Made by a program: the position numbers and the translations under genes. The notes beneath the pieces were generated by a model. The model did not search any database. It had not been told where the DNA came from and saw only the letters and a list, made by a program, of their open reading frames with translations. A stretch of DNA of 64,000 nt from Eledone cirrhosa. Taxonomy: Eukaryota. Position 1 is the first letter of the stretch. Each line of letters opens with the position of its first letter. The stretch is from positions 270,692,001 to 270,756,000 of the forward strand of contig OZ024742.1 in the NCBI GenBank assembly GCA_964016885.1, read 5' to 3'. Below, piece by piece: positions 44,964 to 60,782 of the stretch.

Positions 44964-44965
<2 letters not shown>
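42005..44965 (-). mobile_element. Near full-length decayed Naiad-like PLE; U3-A8 hammerhead at 42017-42113
   Basis: [91 protein letters not shown]. Minus-strand motif cccc-TTGACAA-...-GAAACGGC..GCGTC-gggg. Confidence 0.92.
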
Positions 44966-45030
<65 letters not shown>

Positions 45031-45187
45031 AATAAAGAAAGTGTGGTAAGGAACCAGGTGGGCCATAAGGCACCAGAATACTCGATACTTAGGGTAGTCG
45101 AGTGGGTAATAGAAAAAGAGTAAGGACTCCGACGCCTGAGCTCCAGCCGTTTCCGAGCTCAGCCGTCGGGGTCCTGACTCTTTCCCT
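45031..45187 (-). mobile_element. Minimal fold-back derivative of the same pLTR family (other pieces at 15900-16037, 37735-37782, 49320-49430, 49817-49880)
   Basis: 45113-45143 is inverted relative to 45155-45183. Shares the tail gtggtaaggaaccaggtgg.ccataa.gcacc. Confidence 0.8.
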
Positions 45188-45283
45188 ATATATATATATA
45201 TATGTGTACATACACATACACACATATATACACATAAATACACAGATACATACACATATCCACACATATATGCATACATATAA

Positions 45284-45333
<50 letters not shown>

Positions 45334-45339
45334 GTGTGT

Positions 45340-45419
<80 letters not shown>

Positions 45420-45735
45420 GTTAGAATATGTGTAATAAGGCCAAGACAATGCAGATATGGACATAGAAAAAAGAATGCAATAGTGAGAGATATTGATGAG
45501 AATTCGTCTTTCACCTTGAATTTATTTAAATGTCCTTAATTTTCGAGATAATATCTCTTCTTCGGAGGGAAGTAGAAGTCTCAGACCAGCGTCTTAAATT
45601 TCCAATGAAGCCATGCTGACCGGAAATAGTATAGAGTTCTAACTTTAATATCAAAGAATTAAAATTAGGTGGGTAAAGAGTAGTCTCCCTTTAAGAGGGG
45701 TTTGTTAATGTTTTTGTTGTGTCTATAACCTCCTC

Positions 45736-45807
<72 letters not shown>

Positions 45808-46360
45808 GCCTACTAAAACCCGTACAGATATACATATAAATATACGTATATAATTATCTATAGACACATCTACTGAAGTATTTAAGTTTACATATACATT
45901 GGATGGAGGAGGAATTAGTGAAATGGTAGTGCTCATCCGAGGGTTGTTTTCTTCAACGATCCAATGTTTGAAATTGCGGGTGTCATCCGGTTCCATATTG
46001 ATAATTTTTGTCGATTCCATATGCATTTTTCTTTATAAAAAGGAGAAAATCCGGTTATTTGAAAATGGAATATTATTTTCTGTTCAGTAGCGTTTCGTGC
46101 TTTCTAATGAAGAATTCTTCATTATGTGCATTAATTCTGTCATCTAGATCCATCCCGGTTTCATCAATGTAGAATTCTTTACATTGTGGGCAGGTTTCAT
46201 AGTAAATTACGTTTTTTCTTTTGTATTGCAATTCATATTTGCATTAACTTTTAAATTCTGATTGTTTTCAAAGGAGATTTGCCCACCCTCTTCAATGTAT
46301 TCAGAAGTTCCACATAGAAGGTCCTCGCATTTCTTAACTTGCATTGTTTCATTATCATAC
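45420..46360 (-). mobile_element. Neptune-like PLE 3' relic with a C4-variant minimal hammerhead (45533-45569)
   Basis: Minus strand VKKCEDLLCGTSEYIEEG...NMNC..KNVIYYETCPQCKEFYIDETG aligns by eye to the C-terminus of the 690-2966 ORF. Motif cct-CCGAAGA-agagata t tatctc-GAAAATTA-agg. Confidence 0.8.
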
Positions 46361-46540
46361 GCATCGTTTTATATGTGACATTGTTTGCGATGCATATGAT
46401 AGCTAGCTATAAGCAAGTCCCTAAAAGGACTAAAAAGCCACGTCCTTGATGCTCTTGATTAAGTATCAAGCGATGAAATTACTCGAATCGATTTGCAGAC
46501 ATCGTCATCATACATATATGTTATGTCATTACCACAACAA

Positions 46541-46629
46541 AAGTCCGACGAGCTTTTTTTATTAGAGAGTCGGATTTGATCGATACAGATCGAAACTTGA
46601 GCTGATCAATAGCGAAACGCATGTCACTT
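46541..46629 (+). ncRNA. Type I hammerhead, C4 variant, long helix II
   Basis: aagt-CCGACGA-gct...agc-GAAAC gcat GTC-actt. The helix II insert is homologous to 4830-4889. Confidence 0.78.
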
Positions 46630-47006
46630 CGAAATACATGAATAAAGACATAAAAAAACAGTCCTTCTTGTCATATGTATAACCTTATATAAATGTAAAT
46701 TGTGATTACCACTGGGTGGACTCTTGATATGGAAACAGAGAAGTACTATATATTTGTTAAACTTCATGGCAACTGATCATTCCAGTCGCCACTCTGCTTC
46801 CTGGCGGTAGCCGATCGAATATAGTACAGTAATCTCATCGTAACTTCAATATTCTGCTTTTATTTTTATGGTAAAATATGTTTTCATAAATGCTGAATAT
46901 ATTGTGATTAATCTGCTACGATTAATTAGGTGCAATCATGAAATTATGTGTACTCACGAAATTATGCTCATATATATATGAGCAAAATTTCGAGAGTACA
47001 CAGAAT

Positions 47007-47064
<58 letters not shown>

Positions 47065-48199
47065 AGATGAATTAGTGAATTAGTAATCGGTTTCCGTTAT
47101 TTCAATCAATCTACGAATCTCAGTAACATGGGCTGTTTCACTATACATTTTTTTTTACGCGACATATGAATCTCGGCTCGAAGGCGCTCTTAGGTTGACC
47201 TTCCGATGGTACTGTAATAGATAACCCGTAGGTTAATTATAATTCGACAATAAGTTACTCGAATACAACGTTCACTATTCGAGTAGGGAAACCATTTATT
47301 ACATAATGTTTACATATCTTTAATTAATATGGGAATATATTACATCTAGAAGACGCTAATCCATTGATTATATTAGGCTACCACGGATTCCGTTTTGGTA
47401 AATATATATTTGCACATGAACTGATGAAAACCGAAAAATGACTTGAATCTTACTTGGGAACATATAACGAGACTGGGAGTGTCGGTGGAAGAAGAAGATA
47501 GTAGAGGAATGTGCATGCATATAGACAAACGTTTACAAAAGGTATTAGTCGTTATTAATTTGGTAGGGCGGAGGGAGTAATAATGTATGGTTGTGTCCAT
47601 GGTTTTGCAATGTCGGGTTTGGCTGCCGATTGTTAGGAAATAGCTTATTGCGGAAACCAATGGCTATTTGTGCTGGTAGTTTAATGAAATGCCCATAGGC
47701 TGGTGCTTTCTATATACGGCAATATTTGGTGTTTATGGTTATTTAGATAGTGAAACGCTATTAGATCAGTGTATTCTATCTGCTGTCAAGATTAATTCTT
47801 TATGGATGAAGTTAGTGTCTATTCACAGGCGTCAATGGCTACATACGAGATACTATGAACAAATGATCCATACCTAAGAAGATATACACATAACCAAATA
47901 ACTGATTCAACCCCTATTTCCCTTATATATTATTGAAATAATCATATAAATATATATATAAATATTTAAAAAAATATAAAAATATAAAATGATTATGTAT
48001 ACAAACGTCGATATATACATACATATATACATATGAAAATGTAAATAAGGGAAGCATCAAGTAATTCATCAAAATCCGTAAATCCGTAATTATGACTATG
48101 CACATAAGAAGAGATTTACACATGTATAAATGCACATATTTACACACAAGTTTACATTTATGTTTAGCTGAAGCATGAATAGAAGAGTGTATCTATTAC

Positions 48200-49210
48200 T
48201 AGAGATTATTTAATTAGCGAGTGTCCAACGCTTTGTTTAACAGGGTCTTTATGGGACTAGTCAGTATGGTCATACTTAGAAACATAGTTAAGACCAATAG
48301 GAACATGTCCAACCTGCCCCAGTGGGAGAACAGCGACACCGTAATTAAGTGGTTTAACTCCTTCAACTCCAAAAAAGCGAAGGTCACACAGTTGGACATT
48401 GTAGATTTTTACCCGTCGATCTCAGAGACCCTGTTAAACAAAGCGTTGGACTTCACTTCCACTTACACCACCGTCGATGGTTTAGACAGGGAAATTATCG
48501 CTCACTGCCGGAAAACCCTCCTCTTCAACGACGGAGTAGCCTGGGCAAAGAAGTCTACAACTTCAGACCTATTCGACGTCTCCATGGGATCGTTTGACAG
48601 TGCTGACGTATGTGACTTGGTTGGCCTATTTATTTTAGACATATTACGTGTTAGATTCCCGGATTTCCACACGGGAATATACCGCGATGATGGACTGACT
48701 TTATCGAGCCATGAAAGTGGTCACGACTTCGACCGGTTTAAAAAAGACTTAGCTTCTACCTTCAATGAGTTAGGACTTAGGATAACAGTAGCTACCAACC
48801 TCTCTAGCGTAGATTTCTTAGACATTAATTTAGACCTTCACACACACACCCACATACCCTTCCATAAGCTAAACGAAAAACTCAATTACATTCACAAGGA
48901 CTCATGCCACCCTCCCATTGTTTTTAGAAACTACGTAAATAATATCAGTACTAGAATCTCAAACCTCTCCTCTAAACATGTCTAGCCCTCTTACATAGAC
49001 ACTTTCCCATAAATCATAAATACCGCTCCATCTTTAACCGACACAAAGTAAAACTAGGATACTCCTGCGCTAAGAACACGAAGGACCACATCACCAGCAG
49101 CTCTAGGAGCAACACCCCACCAGGGTGCTCTTGTCGTAAGCCCGAAGCTTGCCCCCTTCAACAGCAATGCAACACACCACCTGTAATTTATGAAGCTGTG
49201 GTCACTTCTA
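48200..49210 (+). mobile_element. Internally deleted Naiad-like PLE fragment (RT core, ORF 48221-48985)
   Basis: QLDIVDFYPSI, FDVSMGSFDSADVCDLVG, GIYRDDGL, VDFLDINLDL, followed by CSCRKPEACPLQQQC..VIYEA. Confidence 0.9.
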
Positions 49211-49287
49211 TTGTGGTTGATTTTTTTAAGTACAGCTGACCTCCTCCCTTGTGTTTATTGGTGTTAGGGGATTAGCTGGCAGGTCAG

Positions 49288-49321
<34 letters not shown>

Positions 49322-49747
49322 CGAAGGAGGTGTGGTAAGGAACCGGGTGGACCATAACACACCAGCGTACTCAATACTTAGTGTATTAGAGTGGGTAATA
49401 GGAAAATATCCAGAAATAGCCGTCGGAGTTAAACATTTTCATATATATAAACTAAGCACACAACACACACAAAAACAAGATGGCGTAGGACAGAACAAAG
49501 GAGTGACACAAAACAAAGAAAAGAATCCCCAGTCACTGAAGAGGTGGCAGAATGTGTGACGACGAAATAACTTTGACAATATATGAACAACCGTCCGGTC
49601 GTGGAACCAACCATCCAACCGGAAATGTATAAATTATATAAATCATTTTTTTTTTTATTTCTTGAAAAAAGTTTTAATTTATAATAAATTGGAGTGAAAG
49701 CAACTGGTGCGTGTGTTTCTTATTGGCAACATGACCCCCCAAAGTAT

Positions 49748-49817
<70 letters not shown>

Positions 49818-49878
49818 CGAAGGAATTGTGGTAGGGAACCAGATTGACCATAACGCACAGAGTACTCAATACATAGGG

Positions 49879-49943
<65 letters not shown>

Positions 49944-49947
<4 letters not shown>

Positions 49948-50313
49948 TTTAAAAATCCAAGGGAAATACAAACAAGAGACAATTCCCCTCTTCAGTTGCC
50001 TGCTCACGGTCTATAGATTTCGACGCATTAAACACAAAACATCCATCCACAGTGCGTTAATAACTTCAGGAAATTATAGGGAAGGAAAAGTAAAAACAGT
50101 GACGATAATGAAGAGAATGAAAATAAACAGATGAAACGAAGAAGATAAAAGAAAAAAAGAAAATATTCCGATAGAGAAGGGGAAACATGAGACAGTAGTA
50201 CGTGTATGTAGCAGTCTCTAAGCGGGGAGAAGAGGAAGTTAAAAAGGCGGCTGTATTTAAGCCCTAAAACGTTATTAGCAGCGTGAGAGAGCAGGCGTAA
50301 ATAGAGAGAGAGA

Positions 50314-50398
<85 letters not shown>

Positions 50399-50861
50399 AG
50401 ACGAATGAAAACGGAAGTAGTAAGGGAGCTGTGAGTGAGAGTGAGAGAAAGAAAGATGGAGAAAGAAGGAACGAATAACAACATCAAGTGCGATAGAGCG
50501 TATAGGACGAAGTTCCCCGCAATAAATTAATAAGAATTAAAAGGCACAAGGTGCAGTGATTAGAAACGTAATGGAAACTCTCACCAATGGGTTACTGCTA
50601 CATACATGTAGTACTGTCTTGTATTTCCCCCTCTCTATCGGTATGTTATCATTTTTTCTGATTGTTTTTCTTCTGTTTATCTTCTTTCTCTTCGCAAACG
50701 TCTCTCTATTGTCTTTTCCTTCTCTTATAACTCCCGGAGGTTGTTAACGCTCTATGGATAGATGTATTGTCATTAATGCGTTGAAACATCCGAGACTCAC
50801 AGCAAACAACTAAAGAGGGATATTGTCTTATGTTTTTGTTTCCGTTACTTTTCTAAACACT
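49944..50861. repeat. Older, diverged fold-back with ~270-bp arms
   Basis: 49944-50215 is inverted relative to 50594-50861, for example gacagtagtacgtgtatgtagcagt against actgctacatacatgtagtactgtc. Confidence 0.75.
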
Positions 50862-50897
50862 CGTTATTAGTACCTACACATGACGTCCCTTTTAATT

Positions 50898-51006
<109 letters not shown>

Positions 51007-51007
51007 T

Positions 51008-51445
51008 ATTCAAAATATTAACAAATGAAGATATTCAGATAATCAAAATATATGCTTTATTATATAGATATTTCGAAGGTACTGTGTTGTTTTTTCAGTA
51101 CGTCCTCGTCAGATAAAACATATGATTTGATATATGACATACCACTACGGTCTTGATATATCAATTCCTGTCTTAGCAGTACAGGAATTGAAATATCATG
51201 ACCGTAGAGGTATGCCATATATCAAATCATATGTTTTATCTCACGAGGACGTACTGAAAAAACAACACAGTACCTTCGAAATATATATATAATAAAGCTT
51301 ATATTTTGATTATGGGAATATCTTCATTTGTTAATATATTGAATCATATTAAAAACTCCAGGAAAACTTTCTTGTTGAGTGCTATTAAATATATTATAAA
51401 ACTGTATTCATTGAGTAAACAATTAACCATATTAATCTTTGGTTA
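51008..51445. mobile_element. Non-coding fold-back element with ~164-bp arms and hammerheads (51055-51119 minus, canonical; 51233-51297 plus, G5C)
   Basis: Arms at 51008-51171 and 51181-51344. Motif ttttat-CTGACGA-ggacgtactg..cagtaccttc-GAAAT atctat ATA-ataaag. Confidence 0.88.
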
Positions 51446-51459
51446 TATATATATATAAA

Positions 51460-51497
51460 ATATTTGATAATGCATAAAATGCTGAAACCGGTAATTG
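51460..51497 (+). ncRNA. Minimal hammerhead, U3-A8 variant
   Basis: at-TTGATAA-tgcat aaa atgct-GAAACCGGTA-att. Confidence 0.65.
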
Positions 51498-51737
51498 ATA
51501 ATTATTAAATAAATAAATTAACTAATACCATAACACTTCACACAGAAGTAAACTATTTTCTTTTAAGCATTTTCTAACCCAGAAAAAATAAAAAAATAAA
51601 GGAAAAAATATATTAGTCTTCCTAATAATCGTTTTTCTTCTCCCTATTTACATATATATATATATATATATATATTGTTATACTTTGGGAGGGTCATGTT
51701 GCCAATAAGAATCTTGCTAAACAAATTCAGAAACGAA

Positions 51738-51772
<35 letters not shown>

Positions 51773-52901
51773 CGTGTGCGTGTGCGTGTGTGTGTGTGTG
51801 TGTTTGTGTGTGTTGTCTGAAAGTTCTTTTCTACCTATGAAATATTTTAACAGCTTTCTCCTCTTGTGCAGCTAAAGGTAACCCGACTGCGCGGGGAAAC
51901 AGAAAATAGACTAAAATAATAGATTAGACCCACAAAGTTTAAGTTGTGCAAAGCATGGGAACAAAAATCAAAGTTGAACTAGAAAGATTTGGCAACTGAT
52001 AGAAAAGCACTTGCTTTCAGGGGGTAAAATGATCGATCATGAAATCAATACTAATGAAATGTGAAGGTTACATGACGAAAATGGAAGGAAATTATTCGTT
52101 GAAGTGATGGGATGCTAAAACGGATAGAAGGAAAAAAACAGATTGTGAAGGAAAAAGATTTGGCTTAGAGGCAGCGAGATATTGGAAATAGTATGGGGAT
52201 ATGATTCCTGAGTTTCAGTATCTGTGTACTTTTCTGAAAATCAATATGTATGCTCACATCTCTAAAATATATGGAGAGTCTTATTTATGTCTGCTAGCTA
52301 AGTATGTAAACGTGTATGCTTTCATGTATGTATTTAACGTTGTATAAGCATTTACGTGAAGCACGTCGAAATAGTTATTTTCTGTAGAGCAATTTGTAAC
52401 ATGCAATTGGGGTAGATTTTAATGATATCAAATATTAACTGTGTGAGGGAAAATAGCTATATGTTTGGGTAAGACGAAGTTTCATGTTTATATATAATTG
52501 GGTGTAGCAAGATCAACTAGAGTGAAAACAATGCAAATGAATTCATGTTTGAAAGTATGGTACCAAAATTTACCACTACGTGTTTTCAATCCAGTAAATA
52601 TATATATAATGTAAATCCTACCCGTCTTTACAATAGTGCACATAATGTTCAAATCCAGCCATGAGATAGACGTGAATCTGGTGACAATTGAAATCACTGC
52701 ATGCACAAATCCTTGTGTTGTGTGTATCATACTGGACACCATTAGAGCTTTGAAGACAACCACGGTGTTCAAATTGATTGGTGCGCACAAAATCTGATTG
52801 CAAACACACTCGCGTATGCAAAAACACACGCGCACACAATCACACACATACACTCACACACGCACACACATAAACACACACACACACAAACACTCACACA
52901 C

Positions 52902-52953
<52 letters not shown>

Positions 52954-52959
52954 TTGTGT

Positions 52960-54529
<1,570 letters not shown>

Positions 54530-55142
54530 CACACATGTATATGTATATATATATATCGTTCTTTTATATTCGAATGATAATGAAAGTGAATTTGTTATAT
54601 CTTTTTCCAGAGAAAAATATGAAGAAATCCAGGAATAGTTTCAATTTAGTGTTCAATTAAAAGTGTACATCGGACTTCATATGAATCGGTAAGTGTTTTA
54701 TTTCATTTTTCACTTTTTTTTTTTCTGTATAACGATTGACAGCATTTGTAGAATGACGTTAGTTAGGCTGCATAACATACTCATTTCAACTCTTGTGCTG
54801 AATTCGTCATGTCATATCGATAAAATAATTATCAGTCGTGTTTGTTTCATATATGTTCGTCAAAGAACAGTCTTATATCAGAAGGTAGATCTGCATCTTC
54901 CCGCAATAAAATTATTGTTTGGTTGTCGTATAATCAGTGTGTTTATTGATGATAGACTCCCTCACGTGCTAAATTCTAATTACTGATTCAATTTTCAGAA
55001 TGTGGTCCACATATTTGAATCTACATCACCATAAATTTGTTTCATTATAATTGGTATCTCTACATCTAATTATTAAATAAGTTTAAGTATTATATTTGTG
55101 CGTATCAATAAATAATATATCCTATTGTTTGTATTATTCATA

Positions 55143-55530
55143 TACAGGGTGTCCTTAACCTCGGGATACATAAAACTATAACTTTTTACAACTAATAATT
55201 TTAAATGGTGAGAATTGCCTCACAATTTTGAGAGACCACATATTGCCCTAACTTGAAGTGCAAGGCGAAGGCTTCTCAGAGTAGTTTGAGCAGGATTACA
55301 CCCTTGCCCATTTCTACCCGGCTGTAAGAGATTGGCTAATTGAGAATTTCTCTAACTGGAGAGGAAAACGTGTTCATATGGAATGGTCGCGTCGCTCATC
55401 AGTCCTTAGTCGCCTTGAATTCGTTTTCTAGGTTATGCTAAACGAGAAGGTGTACTCAATGAAAGTCACAGATATGGGAAAATTGAGGGAATGCATCATA
55501 AATAATGTGCCCACATTGAGGGATATATGA
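55143..55530 (+). mobile_element. Tc1/mariner DNA transposon relic
   Basis: TA|cagggtgtcc TIR-like start. EQDYTLAH resembles QQDGAPAH, and EWSRRSSVLSRLEFVF*VMLNEKVY resembles WPPRSPDLSPLDFFLWG.LK.KVY. Confidence 0.75.
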
Positions 55531-55613
55531 CGTTAATGCATCAGATTAATTTGAATCCCACAAGTAAGTAAAATGTTGAAAATGTTATTGAAATATGCGT
55601 GTATCCAGATTGA

Positions 55614-55679
55614 AAGGAGACATTGTACTTATATATAAGTGTATATGTATACAATTATATATAAGTACAATGTCTCCTT
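55614..55679. repeat. 66-bp palindrome
   Basis: aaggagacattgtacttatatataa pairs with ttatatataagtacaatgtctcctt. Confidence 0.9.
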
Positions 55680-56149
55680 GTATGCATGTATGCATGTATG
55701 TATTTTCTTATGCTTTTCTTATTGCATCAATTTTCTCCAACAAAAAGGATGAGATTCTAACATAGGAACGAACTTCTTTTATTGGAATGTTGACAGCATC
55801 AAATATGTAAATAGGTTGTGCGACTGTGTGTTTGTGTGTGTTTGAGAGAGTGAGTTTGAGTGTGTGTGTGTTTCTGTGTTTGTCTTTGTGCAGCTATTGC
55901 GTGTGTGGATCTGTAAGTCTTGAATTACGTGTGCCTGTGCATGTTCCTATATCTGTCTGTGTTTAATGTAAAATAAATATTTAATTAAAAGATTACAAGG
56001 TTACACGTGAAAGCGTTTGAATCTGCCAGATTTCCTTAACTTTTCGAAATTTCAATCTGCCATGTTATTGATAGAATCAGCTGCATTGGTAGCTGTAGCA
56101 ACAATAGTGCTGAAAGAATAGTCCTTGTGGTAATATGCGCATCAGTGAT

Positions 56150-57950
56150 GACAGTTGCATTAGTGAGGGAGAGCTAGTTAGAAATCTAGAGAAGGCGTTT
56201 AGGACAGGCATTGCAACCGACGTGGTTGCGGCGTGATTGGTACTGGATAATTCTTCAATGCAAAGCATTAAGGATGTGTTTTCAGAGCTAGAATGCGTGC
56301 TCTGAGACATCAAGGGACGAAAGATGTTCAATGGGCCCGGGTGGTAGAGGCGCAACGTGGCAACAAATCCACAATTCGGTCTTTGCCTTCTGAGCAAAGC
56401 GGGCGCATGTTACTCGAAGCCAAGCAGATGTGTGAGGCTTTTCAACAGCACTTTGCTCAATTGATCGGGAGCGGGGGCGGGCCGGTTTGGAGTATTGTCT
56501 TCGGTACATATCTCGAACGGCTGCCGCGGCTCTCGATGTCCGCAGCGCAGTGCTGCGAAAAGCCGATAACAGCAGCTGAAATAAGATAAGAGATGTCTGA
56601 CTGCACGAGGGGGTAAATCGCCAGGTTTGGATAGTCTGCTCTACGAGTTTTATGCATACATGCCGGACTTGTTCGGTGACCTCTTGGCAGATGTCTACTG
56701 CAACCGGCAGCAGAACGGGAGCATTTCCAGTTCTGTGAGCCGGGATGCAGTGGCGCTGCTGCGAAAAGACCAGAACAAGTGCGATGTTATAGACAAATTC
56801 AGGCCCATAATTCTCCTAAACGCAGAGTTCAAGATTTTGGCGAAGGTAGTAGCAAAGAGATTAGTACTTGTCGTCGGTGATCTGGTTGGAGAGCGCAGAT
56901 ATGAGCCATTCCGGACAGATCCATCTCATGCGATACATCATAGAGAGGCGTTTCAGGAACCTGACACACGTGGGGCCTTGATCAACTCCGATCAACCTAA
57001 AGCATTTGATAGGGTCAATCATCGGTACCTGGTTACGGTCCTCGATATGGCAGGCTTCGGACTCTTTTCAGGGGATGGATCGCTGCGGTGCACCGCGACA
57101 TCTTTTTGATTTGTGAGGGTGAATGGTCACCTGTTGCCGCCGTTCAGCATCATGCGCTCGGTCCGCCAGGGTTGTCCCCTCTTGTCTCTCTTGTAAGTAT
57201 TGGCGCTTGAGCCTTTACTGCTCACATTGAATATAATAGAGCGGTAGTCCCACTTGAACTGGGAAAAGGGAGATCCATGTCAGCTTATGCCGACGCCGTC
57301 ACCATAGTGGTGTCGAGCACCAAACACGTCCAGATGCTCGGCACCGATACCAAGTAATACGAAGCGGTGACAGGAGCTAAGATAAACCAGTAAATGTCGT
57401 TGGTCTGGCATCTCGGCACCTAGAGAGGAAAGTGCATGCTGTCCGACAACGTTATGGGGAGCTGGACGAAAGGACCGGTTAAACTGCTCGGGGAGACCTT
57501 GGGCGTCGACGATTATCAGCTGTTCGCTCTCTTGGAGATAACTTTCAGCCCGGGCTCTATGGACCACTTCTGAAAATACCTGGCTCCGCAGTGCTATTGG
57601 GGAGCGTCGCCGGTTCGAGATAACTGCTACAAGTACGTAAGTCCTGTCAGCCGAGCCTGCCCGATATACGTGGAGGATGACTTAACGTTCGTGCACGGAA
57701 CTCGTTCAGTGCACGAGGATTGCAGGATTGTGGGGCTGCTGTCGCATGTAGGAGGGATCCCCTTATCGAGTCCATTGTGCAGATAGCTCCGCTGTCTTCC
57801 TTTTGGTAGGAGGAAGCGTAGACAATTTTCAACACGCCTGGCGGATATAGCGGATGATATTGTGTGTTGGACCAGGCTCAAAGGCTTGAAGACGGACACT
57901 TCCTCTCTGGCGAATCCCGGATTAACTTTTTAAAGTTTCCCTTGAAGAGG
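56150..57950 (+). mobile_element. Decayed L1/Tx1-like LINE RT region
   Basis: PITAAEI, SPGLDSLLYEFY, FRPIILLNAEFKILAKV, DQPKAFDRVNHRYL, SVRQGCPL, ALEPLL, SAYADAVT. Confidence 0.88.
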
Positions 57951-58485
57951 AAAATCACGGTGGAGAGGCAAGTGCTGCTACTAGTAAGTCTGTTGAAAGG
58001 ATGGTGAAAGTAGCGAATCTGGTCCGAGAAAACGGGCTCGCTCTGAGTATGAGCCTATATACTGAGGAGAGGGAGAGTGAGAGGGGGTGCTTGCCCTGAT
58101 GGTCAGGGTGGCGGTGGTTTTTGTGAGGTTTCTCACATTGGGAATTTTTTCGGAAACAAGAAAACAGTATGTTCGAACCTATATATGTGGTATGATAGTA
58201 TGCAGTTATACAACTACTATAGATCTGATAAAATGTCAATACCAAACCATCGTAAAGCAATGATATGAATATGTAAAATAACTTGATTTTGTTCTTTTTA
58301 TTTTAATCGTTAATTCAATACATAATATCTGACTCTGTATCTAAGGAAGTATCTCAGCGGAACACAACACTTCTGTATGGATTTCACTAGATTACTCTAC
58401 ATCGGATTACATTGAGTCCTATCTACGGTACGGAACCTACCACCAAGAGTAGACCACACTGAAACAAACACACACACACACACAT

Positions 58486-58519
<34 letters not shown>

Positions 58520-58525
58520 GTATAT

Positions 58526-59284
58526 ATGGTGGCTGCCAACTCGTTTTCGAGTACGGCCACTACTTTATATCCATGTAGGAGAACCCCTACCGATGCGCTG
58601 AACGAGTGTGACTTTTCAGTCCAGCCAGCGACTTGAAAACTCTAGTACAAACACTACACCTGTGACAATGATTGACACACAGTGCTGGGCCCATGGTACC
58701 ATGTGACGACAAGTGCAGAGAGATCTCCAGATATAAAGCAATGCCTGTGCCGTGAAGCTTTTATAGTGAGCAAAGGCACTGCACAAAGCCAGTCCCACTC
58801 TCTTAACCAAGATGATATTTACCAAAAAAGAAGAACAAGTCAACATCATTGGATACCATCAGGGTTGCAGGTGTTATATCAGAGCTTTCCTTCTCCTAGA
58901 ATTCTGCCTTGACAAAGGCTAAGGGGTCATCTCTCCCGGTGATACATATACATACATACACATACATACATACATATATACATACATACACACATACATA
59001 TATATATATACATGGCGGCTGCCAACTCGTCTTCGAGTACGGCCACTACTTTATATCCATGTAGGAGAACCCCTACCGATGCGCTGAACGAGTGTGACTT
59101 TTTAGTCCAGCCAGCGACTTGAAAACTCTGGTACAAACACTACACTTGTGACAATCATTGACACATAGTGCTGGGCCCATGGTACCATGTGACGACAAGT
59201 GCAGAGAGATCTCCAGATATAAAGCAATGCCTGTGCCGTGAAGCTTTTATAGTGAGCAAAGGCACTGCACAAAGCCAGTCCCAC

Positions 59285-59285
<1 letters not shown>
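58526..59285 (+). repeat. 274-bp direct repeats 486 bp apart, each preceded by a CA/TA microsatellite
   Basis: 58526-58799 and 59012-59285 differ by only a handful of substitutions. Confidence 0.92.
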
Positions 59286-59324
<39 letters not shown>

Positions 59325-59424
59325 CACCAATGGAAGTTTAGTAATATCGAAGGTTCGGCTGAAGCCAATCCAACGAAATACAATTAGGATTTATGCAGTC
59401 ATCTCTCCATGAGAAATCTCATAT

Positions 59425-59655
59425 TAATAATTGTTTCTACTTTTGGCACAAGGTCAGCAATAACCCAGAGTAATAATTGTTTCTACGTTAGGTACAAAGC
59501 CAGCAATTATCCAGTGCATTACTGGTACTTTATTTTATCGAGCCCGTAAGGATGAAAGGCAAAGTTAACCTCGGCGGGATTTGAACTCAGAATAGCAAGG
59601 GCCGTAACTCTATACGTCAAAGCATTGCGTCCGACCCTCTACCAATACTGCAAAT
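59425..59655 (-). mobile_element. tRNA-derived SINE with a duplicated 3' tail
   Basis: Same family as 26172. The tail taataattgtttctac..gcaat occurs at 59425 and 59471. Confidence 0.85.
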
Positions 59656-59725
59656 CCAAATATTCGTTACACGGCATGAGAAATTGAAAACTGTGGCAGG
59701 CAAGCCTAGCCACTACACCGAAGCA

Positions 59726-59775
<50 letters not shown>

Positions 59776-60030
59776 AATAGAATGAAACGAAATTTCATTT
59801 CTCACTCTTAGTACGGCACTTACTTAAATGTAAGTATGTATGTATGTATACGCACATACATATATGTATACAGACGTACAGTAGTATGTATATATATACA
59901 TACATGCACACATATATATATATATGCACGTATCGGTTTACCGAACATTTATTATAATGCTCGGTTTGTTTGTTTGTAAACAAACAAACAGCCCGGATTA
60001 CGCCGTACAGTGTTTAGGCAACCACGTCAC

Positions 60031-60085
<55 letters not shown>

Positions 60086-60146
60086 GAGCAAGAAGCCAGC
60101 TGCATTTCATAATATATATGACTATAGCGTCAAAATGGAAAAATAG

Positions 60147-60191
<45 letters not shown>

Positions 60192-60782
60192 GGACTGCCC
60201 GCCCAGCCAGTTGGATGGCGTCATCATATGGCTAAATCAGCACGTGCTGTGACCGGCGGCGCCGAGTGCCGCCCTGCAGACTGGTCGGTCAAGGTGATTA
60301 AGGTGATATATATATACATAAAGAGAGGGAAATTGTAACCGGCCGGAGTTAGAAACATTTTTCTTGGCCTCTGGTCATCATACGCACTCCTCGGTGTCTT
60401 CTGAGTGGCTTGGGGTAATGAAAGAGTCTCTATAACATACAACCCTAAATTGTTAAGCCAAGCGATTTCACATAGAAATATGTATAATTCTCAAAGCTAT
60501 ACATGTATCGAGAAGCATGAATATCGCATGCATTGCTGTCTACACTTCTGACGCAAGTGATGTAAATTTGGAACACTTTAGACATATTGATAAATAATCT
60601 TACAAAAAGACATTTCTATAACAAGGTATTCTTATTTTTACGATATCCATAACGGAATAATAATAGTAAATTATTAAACACTGAAATAATATCAAACATT
60701 TTTTTGCAAATCCATTTAAAATATTCACTCCATTAGAAACACTAAAGAAAATGTTGTGCGTTTAACAGAAATCGCTTTCTGA

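Noticed and set aside
46946-47002. Short palindromes centred on or next to TA (also 26427-26496 and 49231-49292)
   Set aside because: They are real but too short to assign, and are probably minimal products of the same fold-back process.
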